64,000 bases of DNA from Pseudomonadales bacterium (GTDB lineage: Bacteria > Pseudomonadota > Gammaproteobacteria > Pseudomonadales > UBA7239), in contig JAXMGN010000001.1 of assembly GCA_046347205.1 (NCBI GenBank), positions 750,035 through 814,034 on the forward strand, given 5' to 3'. The position numbers and the translations under genes are program-made. Shown here in pieces: positions 46,423 to 54,961 of the stretch (positions are counted from its first letter, which is position 1; each line of letters starts with the position of its first letter). The notes under the pieces are model-generated. The model saw only the letters and a program-made list of their open reading frames with translations, was not told the origin of the DNA and did not search any database.

Positions 46423-48348
46423 TTACAGCTCTGGGGTGTACACAATCGTCGCCATATAACCAAAACCTTCGGTGTTGTAGCGATCATTGAGTTGATATTG
46501 TTTATCCAACACATTGGTCAGTTTTAACTGCAATTTCACTTCTTTGCTGATGTTATAGGCGGCGCGCAGATTCACCAACCCATAACCGCCTTCGTCGATG
46601 GTGTTGCTGCGATCGCTGTAGCGTTTGGATTGCGCGATCAACTCGGTGCCAAATTCATAAGCGCCAAAGTTGCGGCTGATGTCGAGGTTCATGTTTTGGC
46701 GCGGGCGATTGATCAACACATTGCTGTGATCGGCGCCCTTGCCATCGTAGCGTGCATCAATGTAGCTGGCGTTGAAGGCGACATTCCACTCTTGAATGGC
46801 GGTGGTCAATTCAAATTCCACGCCTTGTATTTCGGCTTTGTCCACGTTGCTGGGTGTGTAAAACCACGAGCCTGGCGGCACTTCTGCCCACTCAATCAAA
46901 TCATCAATATTGTTTTCAAACACATTCACCGCCCAAGTGCCGAAAGCGGGCGTGCCTTTTAAGCCAATTTCATAGTTGACCGATTTTTCGGGTTTCAAAT
47001 TGGGATTGCCCGCAGACCACGGTGTAACCGGCCAGAACAAATCATTGAATGTTGGTGCTTTGAAAGCGGTACCGTAAGAAGCAACTACGCGTAAATCATC
47101 ACGCAGAGCGTAACCGTAGCTGACATTGCCGGTAGCGTTGTTGTTATATTGTTCGTTGTCATCATTGCGCAAACCGAGTACCAATTGGTGCTTGCCAATA
47201 TCCATTTGCTCTTGCATAAAAGTACCGAGATTGTCGCGTTCTTTTACGCGTTTGCCGTTGGCATCGGTGAGTATCGATGTGCTGGTAATTTCATCGTTGT
47301 AGTAATCTACGCCACCCGTAAACACATGGCTTACTGCGCCGGTTTGGAAAGTGAAATCATTTTGCCAACTGGCAGATTCACGACGCGTGTTGAATTTGCT
47401 GAAAGTGCTTTTGTTAAGATCATCAAAATCTTCCGAATTGTTTTTTGTTTCGCCCAATTGCACCGTGCTTTTCCACAGCTCGCTGATGACAGGCTGCTCC
47501 CATTTGAAACTGGTGGTCTCTAAACCGGAGCGTGTGTAAGGCTGCGTAGAAGGCAGAAAACCATTGTCGTATTCATTTTCGCTGTTGGATTTGTAATGCG
47601 ACAGTGAAAGATCGGTGCCGTTATCAAAACGATACCCGATAGACGCACTCGTGCTCGCATTGCGATAGGCGTCGCGATCAAAATTGGTGCCGCTGTCGTC
47701 AATTAAACTGTCGATGCCGTTGGTGTCGTAGTACGACGCAGAAGCGCTGCCACGAAAACCGTCTTTCGCGCCATTTACGCTCACCGTGGTTTGTTGCGTA
47801 CCGTTTTTACCAAATCCATAAGAAATTCGAGGATGCACACCCGCTTCACTGCCTTGCTTGGTAAAAATTTGAATCACGCCGCCGATGGCATCCGCGCCGT
47901 ACAAGCTAGAGCGCGGACCGCGCACAATTTCAATGCGTTCAATTTGATTAATATCCAAAGATTCCAGCGGATTGCTGCCAGACATCGCGCTGTTGATGCG
48001 TTGCCCATCGATCAAAAATAAAGTGTGGCTGGGATTGGTGCCGCGCAAGTACATGCTGCTGACCGAGCCGGGGCCGCCGGCATTGCTGAAACTGACGCTG
48101 GGGATGCGCTGCAACAATTCCGGCACGCTGTTGGCTTGAAATTGTTCGATATCTTCTTTGGTATACACCGTGGCGGGCGCGAGTGTTTTAGCCGTGGTTT
48201 CTTCAGTGCGCGTGGCTGTGACGAGCACGGTGTCCAGTGTGCTATCGGCGGTGTTGTTTGTGCTGTTGTCACCAGCCAGCGCAACTTGCGCAAGCGCAGC
48301 AGCCAAGGCGACGGGCAGCGTTTTTTTCAGGGAGTAAACAGTTTTCAT
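46423..48348 (-). CDS. btuB: TonB-dependent outer-membrane cobalamin receptor
   Basis: It has a signal peptide (MKTVYSLKKTLPVALAAALAQVALA), a TonB box (DTVLVTATR), plug-domain motifs, a C-terminal beta-barrel ending in ...YTPEL, and a cobalamin riboswitch in the leader. The track ORF extended to 48675 reads through the riboswitch and is rejected. Confidence 0.85.
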   Translation of the reverse strand: MKTVYSLKKTLPVALAAALAQVALAGDNSTNNTADSTLDTVLVTATRTEETTAKTLAPATVYTKEDIEQFQANSVPELLQRIPSVSFSNAGGPGSVSSMYLRGTNPSHTLFLIDGQRINSAMSGSNPLESLDINQIERIEIVRGPRSSLYGADAIGGVIQIFTKQGSEAGVHPRISYGFGKNGTQQTTVSVNGAKDGFRGSASASYYDTNGIDSLIDDSGTNFDRDAYRNASTSASIGYRFDNGTDLSLSHYKSNSENEYDNGFLPSTQPYTRSGLETTSFKWEQPVISELWKSTVQLGETKNNSEDFDDLNKSTFSKFNTRRESASWQNDFTFQTGAVSHVFTGGVDYYNDEITSTSILTDANGKRVKERDNLGTFMQEQMDIGKHQLVLGLRNDDNEQYNNNATGNVSYGYALRDDLRVVASYGTAFKAPTFNDLFWPVTPWSAGNPNLKPEKSVNYEIGLKGTPAFGTWAVNVFENNIDDLIEWAEVPPGSWFYTPSNVDKAEIQGVEFELTTAIQEWNVAFNASYIDARYDGKGADHSNVLINRPRQNMNLDISRNFGAYEFGTELIAQSKRYSDRSNTIDEGGYGLVNLRAAYNISKEVKLQLKLTNVLDKQYQLNDRYNTEGFGYMATIVYTPEL

Positions 48349-48419
48349 GTGAACCTCAATGCATTGAAAAGAGTGAATGCGTTTGAGGAGGGATACGGAA
48401 CAGGTGAGGCATCCTGCAC

Positions 48420-48655
48420 ACCAGCCGGATGAAGCCCTCCGCTCATCGTAGCTAACGGGAATTGGATTCCCTGGTGTTGCAGGTCGGTCTCCGGGCTCAC
48501 AGGTGGTTGAGATCAACCGCGTCAGCGCCTTCCCATGCATGCACAGTGGCGTATTGCTGACGTTTACCTGTTTACCGTTGCGGGGGCAGCGTTGGGATGA
48601 TCGCAAGCGATGGCACCAACTTCCCATTTCACCAGCGACCAGAAAGATCGCCGGA
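48420..48655 (-). promoter_or_regulatory. cobalamin (AdoCbl) riboswitch in the btuB leader
   Basis: The minus strand reads GGTGAAATGGGAAGTTGGTGCCA ... GCTGCCCCCGCAACGGTAA ... CCACTG ... GGGAAGG ... B12 box GAGCCCGGAGACCGACCTGC (48500-48479). Downstream, CCTCAA ... TTGAGG can sequester the SD (TGAGGT) 6 nt before the ATG at 48348. Confidence 0.85.
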
Positions 48656-48693
48656 ACCTGTAACAGCGCGCGCACTGTAGACGGGTTGGGCGC

Positions 48694-49683
48694 TTAGGGC
48701 AACCGCCGTGTAGCAAGAGCTACGGCCAGCCTCTCCCATTCCATTTCCTCAGCAGGCAAGCCAAACCGCAAGCTGGCGGGTTCAGAGTACAAACGAGTGA
48801 GAATGCCCAGTGTCGCCAAATGGTGATGGATAGCGGCAGCGGCGGGCGTTTGTATCCATTGAAACAGGGCGCAGCCACCAGCCGGAGCAAGACCGTTTTC
48901 AGTGAGCAACTGCGCCAAGCGCATGGATTGCTGCGGCAGCATTTCGCGCTGCTGCTGTTGCCATTCGCTGTCGCTCAGGGCGCGCTGAGCGGCGATGCGC
49001 GAAGGATGGCTGATGGGCCACGGTCCCAGTGTTTCGCGCAGTGCTGCCAGTGTTTTTTTTTCGGCAAACACAAAACCTACACGCGCACCGGCTAAGCCAA
49101 AAAATTTGCCCAGCGAACGCAACACTATCAAACCTGTTTGCCGTGCATCAGCAACCAAACTGTGTTGTGGGTCGCAATCGATAAACGCTTCATCGACAAT
49201 CAGCACGCCATTTTTTGCGATGAGTTGTGCATGCCATTGCAGTAACTGCGCGCGTGAAAAAACCGTACCGGTTGGGTTGTTGGGATTAACCAATAACAAA
49301 ACATCAAGTGTGTTGATATTTGCATCAATAGCCGTTTCATCCAGCGTAACAACCGTGTGGCCGGCGCGCTGCCAAGCGTGTGCATGTTCGTTATAGGTGG
49401 TTGCCAAAACACCGACGCGCTGCGGCGCAGTAAATAAAAAAGGCAAGGTTTGTATCGCCGCTTGCGAACCGGCCACCGGCAACAATAACTCAGCGCCGTA
49501 GTAACGCGCTGCAATCACTGGCAGCGCATCATCATCTTCTGGCAAGCGCTGCCACGTGGAGTAATGAATTTTTCCTACTGGGTAGGGCGATGGATTGAGT
49601 GCGGCAGACAAATCCAGCCAGTCTTCCAAGGGGATATGGTATTGCTGTACTGCTGCGCGCAGTTTTCCGCCGTGTTCAAGCAT
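48694..49683 (-). CDS. cobD: threonine-phosphate decarboxylase (Salmonella CobD / Pseudomonas CobC type)
   Basis: [11 protein letters not shown]...WLDLSAALNP, LLVNPNNPTG and SLGKFFGLAGARVG are class I/II aminotransferase-fold CobD blocks. The ATG is at 49683. Confidence 0.8.
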   Translation of the reverse strand: MLEHGGKLRAAVQQYHIPLEDWLDLSAALNPSPYPVGKIHYSTWQRLPEDDDALPVIAARYYGAELLLPVAGSQAAIQTLPFLFTAPQRVGVLATTYNEHAHAWQRAGHTVVTLDETAIDANINTLDVLLLVNPNNPTGTVFSRAQLLQWHAQLIAKNGVLIVDEAFIDCDPQHSLVADARQTGLIVLRSLGKFFGLAGARVGFVFAEKKTLAALRETLGPWPISHPSRIAAQRALSDSEWQQQQREMLPQQSMRLAQLLTENGLAPAGGCALFQWIQTPAAAAIHHHLATLGILTRLYSEPASLRFGLPAEEMEWERLAVALATRRLP

Positions 49684-50599
49684 AAAAAAAATAAAAAATA
49701 GCGTAGAGAAAAACCCACAGCCATGCGCTGTGCCGCACCAAACGCAAAGCACGTTCTATATCGAAAGCTGTCGGCGTTCTTCCTTCACCCATGAGTATTT
49801 TTTCTTTGACAATGCCGTGATAAACCGCTGCGCCGCCGAGCGTAATTTGCAATGCGCCGGCACCAGCTGTCATCACTACGCCGCCGTTAGGGCTTTCACA
49901 CAGTGACGCTTGTGCATGCCAACAATGCCATGCGCGTTGCGCGTTGCCGAGCAGAGAAAAAGTAATGGCGGTGAGGCGTGCGGGCAGCCAATTTAATACA
50001 TCGTCAAACTTGGCGGCAAAATAACCAAAGTGCAAATAGTGTGCGGTTTTATAGCCCCACATGGCATCCAATGTATTGGCAGCGCGCAACAGCACTGCGC
50101 CAGGGGCGCCAAAAACAAAAAACCAAAACAAGGTGGCGAATACCGCGTCATTGCCGTTTTCCAAAACAGATTCGATGGTCGCGCGCGTGATCTGTGTTTC
50201 GTTCATGGTTTGTGTGTCGCGGCTGACGATCATTGCCACCGCTTGTCGCGCTGCGGCGAGATCACCTGCAAATAATGGTGTGGCCACGGCGCGCGCGTGT
50301 TGGTGTAGGCTTTGTAAACCTAGGCAGCCGTACAGAATGATGATAGAAAAAATACTGCCGACCACCGGTAGCGCGCTGAGTACCCATGCCGCCAGCGTTA
50401 CAGGAATCATCAAAACCATCGCCGCCATAAAACCGCGCCATTGGCTTTTAACAAACGAACATTCCGCTGCGCCATAAAAAAAATGTTCTGCGCGCGTGAC
50501 GCACTGACCAAACAGCGCGAGTGGATGCCAGCGTTTAGGCTCGCCAAAAATTTTATCGAGCAGCAAGGCCAGCAGCGGCGCAAAAAAACTTAACGCCAT
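49676..50599 (-). CDS. cbiB: adenosylcobinamide-phosphate synthase
   Basis: [19 protein letters not shown] and the polytopic membrane pattern are typical of CbiB. Confidence 0.9.
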   Translation of the reverse strand: MALSFFAPLLALLLDKIFGEPKRWHPLALFGQCVTRAEHFFYGAAECSFVKSQWRGFMAAMVLMIPVTLAAWVLSALPVVGSIFSIIILYGCLGLQSLHQHARAVATPLFAGDLAAARQAVAMIVSRDTQTMNETQITRATIESVLENGNDAVFATLFWFFVFGAPGAVLLRAANTLDAMWGYKTAHYLHFGYFAAKFDDVLNWLPARLTAITFSLLGNAQRAWHCWHAQASLCESPNGGVVMTAGAGALQITLGGAAVYHGIVKEKILMGEGRTPTAFDIERALRLVRHSAWLWVFLYAIFYFFYA

Positions 50600-51342
50600 T
50601 TCAGTTTGTCGTGCAGTTTGACTACATCGCCGATGATAGTAAGTGTGGGCGCGGTGACATGTTCTGCGTGCACACGCTCGTTGATGGTGGCGAGTGTGGC
50701 AATCACCACGCGCTGCTGCGGCGTGGTGCCTTTTTCAATCAGCGCCACCGGTGTTTGTGGATCGCGCCCGTGTTGTATCAACTGCTCGCAAATTGCTTGC
50801 AAGCCGACCAAGCCCATATAAAAAACCAAAGTCTGCGTGGGGTCCATCAATTCAGGCCAGCGCAAATTCACCTCATCGTTTTTCAAATGACCGGTGATAA
50901 AGCGCACCGATTGCGCGTAATCGCGGTGTGTGAGTGGAATGCCGGCGTAAGCCGAGCAGCCACTGGCAGCGGTAATACCGGGCACCACTTCAAACGGAAT
51001 ATTGGCTGCGGCGAGCTCTTCAATTTCTTCGCCGCCGCGTCCAAAAATAAACGGATCGCCGCCTTTTAAGCGCAATACCTTGTGACCTGCGCGTGCTTCA
51101 TCCACCAACAGTTGATTGATATTGTCTTGCGGCACTGTGTGTTCGCTGCGCGCTTTGCCGACATAAATTTTGCGCAAAGATTCCGGCATCAGTGTCATGA
51201 TCGCCGGCGAAACAAGACGATCGTAAATCACCACATCACAAGTTTGCAGCAAGCGCAGCGCTTTTACCGTCAGCAAATCAGGATCGCCTGGACCTGCACC
51301 GACTAACCAAACTTTGCCGAGAGAGGGGAGTGTTTCGTTCAT
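50590..51342 (-). CDS. cobA: uroporphyrinogen-III C-methyltransferase (SUMT)
   Basis: [50 protein letters not shown] and VPGITAA are present. The ATG at 51342 gives an ATGA overlap with the ferredoxin stop. Confidence 0.9.
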   Translation of the reverse strand: MNETLPSLGKVWLVGAGPGDPDLLTVKALRLLQTCDVVIYDRLVSPAIMTLMPESLRKIYVGKARSEHTVPQDNINQLLVDEARAGHKVLRLKGGDPFIFGRGGEEIEELAAANIPFEVVPGITAASGCSAYAGIPLTHRDYAQSVRFITGHLKNDEVNLRWPELMDPTQTLVFYMGLVGLQAICEQLIQHGRDPQTPVALIEKGTTPQQRVVIATLATINERVHAEHVTAPTLTIIGDVVKLHDKLKWR

Positions 51343-51686
51343 GTGTTGCAACCGGAGCGGTGATAAATCAGTTCTTCAACAGGTGTGCCGCCAACAAAAT
51401 GTTCGCGAATAATGCGATCCATATTGGCGTCGGTGACATTGTAGTACCACACACCATCCGGCTGCACCGCCATCAGCGGTCCGCCTTTGCAGGTGGCGAA
51501 ACAGGAGGCGCGTGTGCGTTTCACGCGCAAAGCGCCTTTGTCGATGCCAGCCGCTTTGAATTTTTCGCCGAGGCTGTCGAACAGCATTTGCGATTCACCC
51601 TGCGTGCAGCGCGGGCCTGTGCACACCACCAAATGACGATGGTAGGCGCTCATGGATGGTTTTTCTCTGGCTATCAATTCACTCAT
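51339..51686 (-). CDS. thioredoxin-like [2Fe-2S] ferredoxin (CbiW-like)
   Basis: 115 aa with the Cys pattern VCTGPRC...SCFATC, typical of thioredoxin-like 2Fe-2S ferredoxins. It is embedded in the cbi operon. Confidence 0.7.
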   Translation of the reverse strand: MSELIAREKPSMSAYHRHLVVCTGPRCTQGESQMLFDSLGEKFKAAGIDKGALRVKRTRASCFATCKGGPLMAVQPDGVWYYNVTDANMDRIIREHFVGGTPVEELIYHRSGCNT

Positions 51687-51700
51687 AAAAATTGCTCAGT

Positions 51701-53065
51701 TTATTCGCTGTCATTTGCGTCGTCTGTGTCGTCATCTTCCGCAGACACGCTGTCTAATTGCAGTTGTGTTGCCAATTGCTCTGGCGAAAAATCGACGCTG
51801 TCGCAGGCGAGTAGTGAGCACAGCAATTGGCCTTTGTTGTCGATGCAATACAAGCCGTGAATTTTATTGTCTTTGGCAGCCAGCCACAGTTCAGTCACTT
51901 TTCCCCAGTGCAGATGCAAATGGAAAGTGTCGGTAATTAAATTTAACCACTCACCTTTTTGTGAAAAACGCGGTTGGCTAAACAACAATTCTGCAATCGC
52001 GCCGCCTTCCTGTCGCACCACGCCGCGCAATTTTCCCCAACTGGCGGCGAGTTCTAAAACTTTCATATCTTCTGTGCGCGCAATGTGCAGGCTGCGCCAC
52101 AAACATTCAGCTTCATCGTCATAGCGCGTGGCAACCGCCGAGAGCAATTCGCCCATCGGCATATCAAAATGCAGGGCGGCATCGCGCAGATTTTTTTGTG
52201 GGTTGTCGCGCAACCATTGGCGCGCGCAGGCTTTCCAACCCACCAAACCCATTTTTAGCGAGCGACCGGATTGTTCACCTGCATGCACAGCATCGCTGCC
52301 AATGGCCGTGGTGTATTTGTTGGCGTAGCCGCGCGGTGTCACCATCAGCCCTTCGCGCACAAAGGTATTGCTGTTGCCGATCAACACTGTAGTGAGCATG
52401 CCGATATCCGCTTCTGCCATTTTTTCCAGTGTGCTGAATTCAATATTTTGGCGGCGGCGATAAGCTGATTTCACCAAAGCCACCGGCGTTTCCGGTTTAC
52501 GGTACTGCAACAAAATGCGCTGTGCTTCCACAATTTGTTGCGTGCGTCTGCCACTTTTCGGGTTGTACAGTGCGATGACAAAATCTGCGCGCGCGGCTGC
52601 TTCAATGCGGCGCATGATTGTCGGCCACGGTGTTAATAAATCCGACAAAGAAATGGTGCAGGCATCGTGTGTCAGCGGTGCGCCAACCAATGCAGCGCAA
52701 CTGTTGATCGCCGAGCTGCCGGGCACGACCTCCACTTCTACGCCGTCGCCAGGTCTCCAACCGCTTTCTAATAACACTTCATAAGTGGGGCCGGCCATGC
52801 CGTATACACCGCTGTCGCCGGATGACACCAATGCCACATTTTTGCCTTCGCGCGCTCGCGCTAAGGCTTCGTGGCAGCGATCCAATTCTTCCGTCATGCC
52901 TTTGCGGATAACTTCTTTGCCGTCGATTAAATCCGCCACCAATTTAATGTAGGTGGTGTAGCCGATTACCGTGTCGGCTTGCGTGATGGCAGCGCGTGCG
53001 CGTGCCGTCATGTTTTCTTCGTTGCCGGGGCCGAGGCCCACAAGAAAAATTTTTCCAGTTTTCAT
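51701..53065 (-). CDS. cbiH: (cobalt-)precorrin-3B C17-methyltransferase CbiH/CobJ with C-terminal HemS/ChuX-like domain
   Basis: The N-terminal ~250 aa are a class III tetrapyrrole methylase (FLVGLGPGNEENMT, VSSGDSGVYGMAGP, VPGSSAINS, LSDLLTPW). The C-terminal ~190 aa contain KGEWLNLITDTFHLHLHWGKVTELW, which resembles the GWLNIFNPTFTLHL block of HemS/ChuS/ChuX. The protein ends in an acidic tail. Confidence 0.8.
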   Translation of the reverse strand: MKTGKIFLVGLGPGNEENMTARARAAITQADTVIGYTTYIKLVADLIDGKEVIRKGMTEELDRCHEALARAREGKNVALVSSGDSGVYGMAGPTYEVLLESGWRPGDGVEVEVVPGSSAINSCAALVGAPLTHDACTISLSDLLTPWPTIMRRIEAAARADFVIALYNPKSGRRTQQIVEAQRILLQYRKPETPVALVKSAYRRRQNIEFSTLEKMAEADIGMLTTVLIGNSNTFVREGLMVTPRGYANKYTTAIGSDAVHAGEQSGRSLKMGLVGWKACARQWLRDNPQKNLRDAALHFDMPMGELLSAVATRYDDEAECLWRSLHIARTEDMKVLELAASWGKLRGVVRQEGGAIAELLFSQPRFSQKGEWLNLITDTFHLHLHWGKVTELWLAAKDNKIHGLYCIDNKGQLLCSLLACDSVDFSPEQLATQLQLDSVSAEDDDTDDANDSE

Positions 53066-53457
53066 GTTGCTATCCTCGCGATGGATACCGTGACGTTTTT
53101 GCCGTCACTGCCTAAGAGTTTGTGTTTTTCAACCAATAAATGTGGCAGCGTGGTGTCTGCCGCCAACAGCGCCGCCGCTTCAGAAACTGCCGGTGTGCCC
53201 ATGTATTTGCGCACGGTTTCCGATGGGTTGGGCACAGCCACTTGTGCCAATTGTTCTGCGGTAAAAAACACCAGCATTTTGTTTTCTTGTTGCGCCAACT
53301 GTCGCATGCAGTGTTCATCATTTTTTTTATCGATGGTGGCAAACACGCGGATCTGCGCGCGCGTAGCCGCGATACTTTGCAGCGCGGCATCTAAAGCCGT
53401 TTCCAGTGTTTGTAACAGCGCGCCGCGATCACAGCCCAAACCCACCGCCAGATTCAT
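53062..53457 (-). CDS. cbiG: CbiG C-terminal domain protein (CobE-like)
   Basis: 131 aa with VGLGCDRG..., ATIDKK and SEAAALLAA, matching the CbiG_C/CobE pattern. ATGA overlaps occur on both sides. Confidence 0.7.
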   Translation of the reverse strand: MNLAVGLGCDRGALLQTLETALDAALQSIAATRAQIRVFATIDKKNDEHCMRQLAQQENKMLVFFTAEQLAQVAVPNPSETVRKYMGTPAVSEAAALLAADTTLPHLLVEKHKLLGSDGKNVTVSIARIAT

Positions 53458-54206
53458 GCGGCTTCCAGTGGTGGCCTATACACCACCAAACGCTCGTGCA
53501 GTTGTTGCCATAATTCATCGGAAATTGCGGCGTGCGTGACCCACAACACCGATTTGTAGCGCTGCAAATCCACGGCAGAAAAGTTGTCGAACAGATGGAT
53601 GTTGCTCGGCAGTGGCGTGGGGCGTATCCACCAATGCGGCGAACCGGCTTCCTGTACAAAGGCAATCAATTCACCGTTCACCACATCCGCCGACACGCGC
53701 GTGACATTAATTTTTGGCGCTTCCAATTTCCAACCGAGACCGCGCCCTAAAATATCCACGGGAATCGTTTTTCCCACATCGGATGCAGTTGTAAGAACCG
53801 CCGTGGCGCCGATCAAATCCGCCAGTTGTTCGGCGCAGGCATTCGCGCCACCAACGTGGCCGGATAACACCGGAATCACAAACTGTCCCGCGTCATCCAC
53901 CACGATCACGCCCGGATCTTCCTCTTTGGATTTCAGATACGGCGCAATCATGCGCACCACTACGCCCAAGGACACAAAAAAAACAATTTGATCGTAGTTA
54001 GCAAACAGCGGCGCAATTTCGTCTTTCATCGCCCCGCTGTAAATCGTGATTTTGTTCGTGGTCGCGCCTAATTCACTCGACACTTTTTCTGAAACTAAAA
54101 TCTCCGCGCGCGGCAAGGCAGGAGCCAGAGCTGCCACTTGTTTGGCGCCATGTTTGGTGATGGCGACCAAGGCCACGCGCACGGTATGTAAAGTGGGATC
54201 ACTCAT
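53454..54206 (-). CDS. cbiG: CbiG N-terminal/middle domain protein (cobalt-precorrin-5A hydrolase part)
   Basis: 250 aa with VALVAITKHGAKQ and IPVLSGHVGGAN, matching the CbiG_N and mid-domain pattern. Confidence 0.7.
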   Translation of the reverse strand: MSDPTLHTVRVALVAITKHGAKQVAALAPALPRAEILVSEKVSSELGATTNKITIYSGAMKDEIAPLFANYDQIVFFVSLGVVVRMIAPYLKSKEEDPGVIVVDDAGQFVIPVLSGHVGGANACAEQLADLIGATAVLTTASDVGKTIPVDILGRGLGWKLEAPKINVTRVSADVVNGELIAFVQEAGSPHWWIRPTPLPSNIHLFDNFSAVDLQRYKSVLWVTHAAISDELWQQLHERLVVYRPPLEAA

Positions 54207-54961
54207 GCGGATTTTTTCCTACAGCCTTTTTGAATTTCACCGCGCACACGCGCTGGGTTTTTAACTAGCATCAGCGATAGATAATTGACTTTCGTGCCGC
54301 GTAACTGGGTGATGTCATGCACGATACGCTCTTCATTCGCGCCCACTTTTTCAATGAATGTGCTGTGCGCCAGCAAGTGTTTGCGTTCCAGCAAATCGAC
54401 GATGTCGTCGAGGATTGGTTTTACTTTCATTAACACCAGTGTGTCGAAATCGGTCAGCAAATTTTCTACAAACGCCACGCCGTATGCAGCCGGCACGATG
54501 GCGATGGTGTCATCCACATCGGCCAGCGGTTGCCTGAGCGCGGCGCAAGCCGCGTTGTAGGCAGGTACACCTGGAATAGTGTCGATAACGATATGGTCTG
54601 CCAGACCGCGCAGCGTGCGCGCCAAGTGGCTAAAGGTAGAAAAAGTGGAGGCATCGCCTTCCACCAAAAACACCACATCGCGACCTGTGTTCAGCGTGGC
54701 TAAAACGCTGTTCGCTGCCTCCAACCAATAGCGCGCTAATTTTTCTGCGTCATGCGTCATGGGAAAAATAAGTGCCAGCGCATCCGCTGGCGTGGTGAGT
54801 TGCGCGCGTTGTGCAATGCCGAGCGCGTAACTGTCGCTGCCTTTTTTGCGTATCGGATACGCCCACTGCGCGCCACTGTGCAGTGCATCCCAAGCTTTGC
54901 GCGTGATGAGTTGCGGATCGCCAGGTCCGAGTGAAGCACCAATCAATTTGCCCTGTTTCAT
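54203..54961 (-). CDS. cbiL: (cobalt-)precorrin-2/factor II C20-methyltransferase
   Basis: LIGASLGPGDPQLIT, FLVEGDASTFSTF, IPGVPAYNA and VLMKV are present. The ATG at 54961 gives an ATGA overlap with the cbiET stop. Confidence 0.85.
   Translation of the reverse strand: MKQGKLIGASLGPGDPQLITRKAWDALHSGAQWAYPIRKKGSDSYALGIAQRAQLTTPADALALIFPMTHDAEKLARYWLEAANSVLATLNTGRDVVFLVEGDASTFSTFSHLARTLRGLADHIVIDTIPGVPAYNAACAALRQPLADVDDTIAIVPAAYGVAFVENLLTDFDTLVLMKVKPILDDIVDLLERKHLLAHSTFIEKVGANEERIVHDITQLRGTKVNYLSLMLVKNPARVRGEIQKGCRKKSA

Noticed and set aside
48349-48675. An N-terminal 108-aa extension of the TonB-dependent receptor ORF (track 46423..48675)
   Set aside because: The extension is the translated cobalamin riboswitch. 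A proper signal peptide and TonB box begin at the ATG at 48348, which has its own SD.
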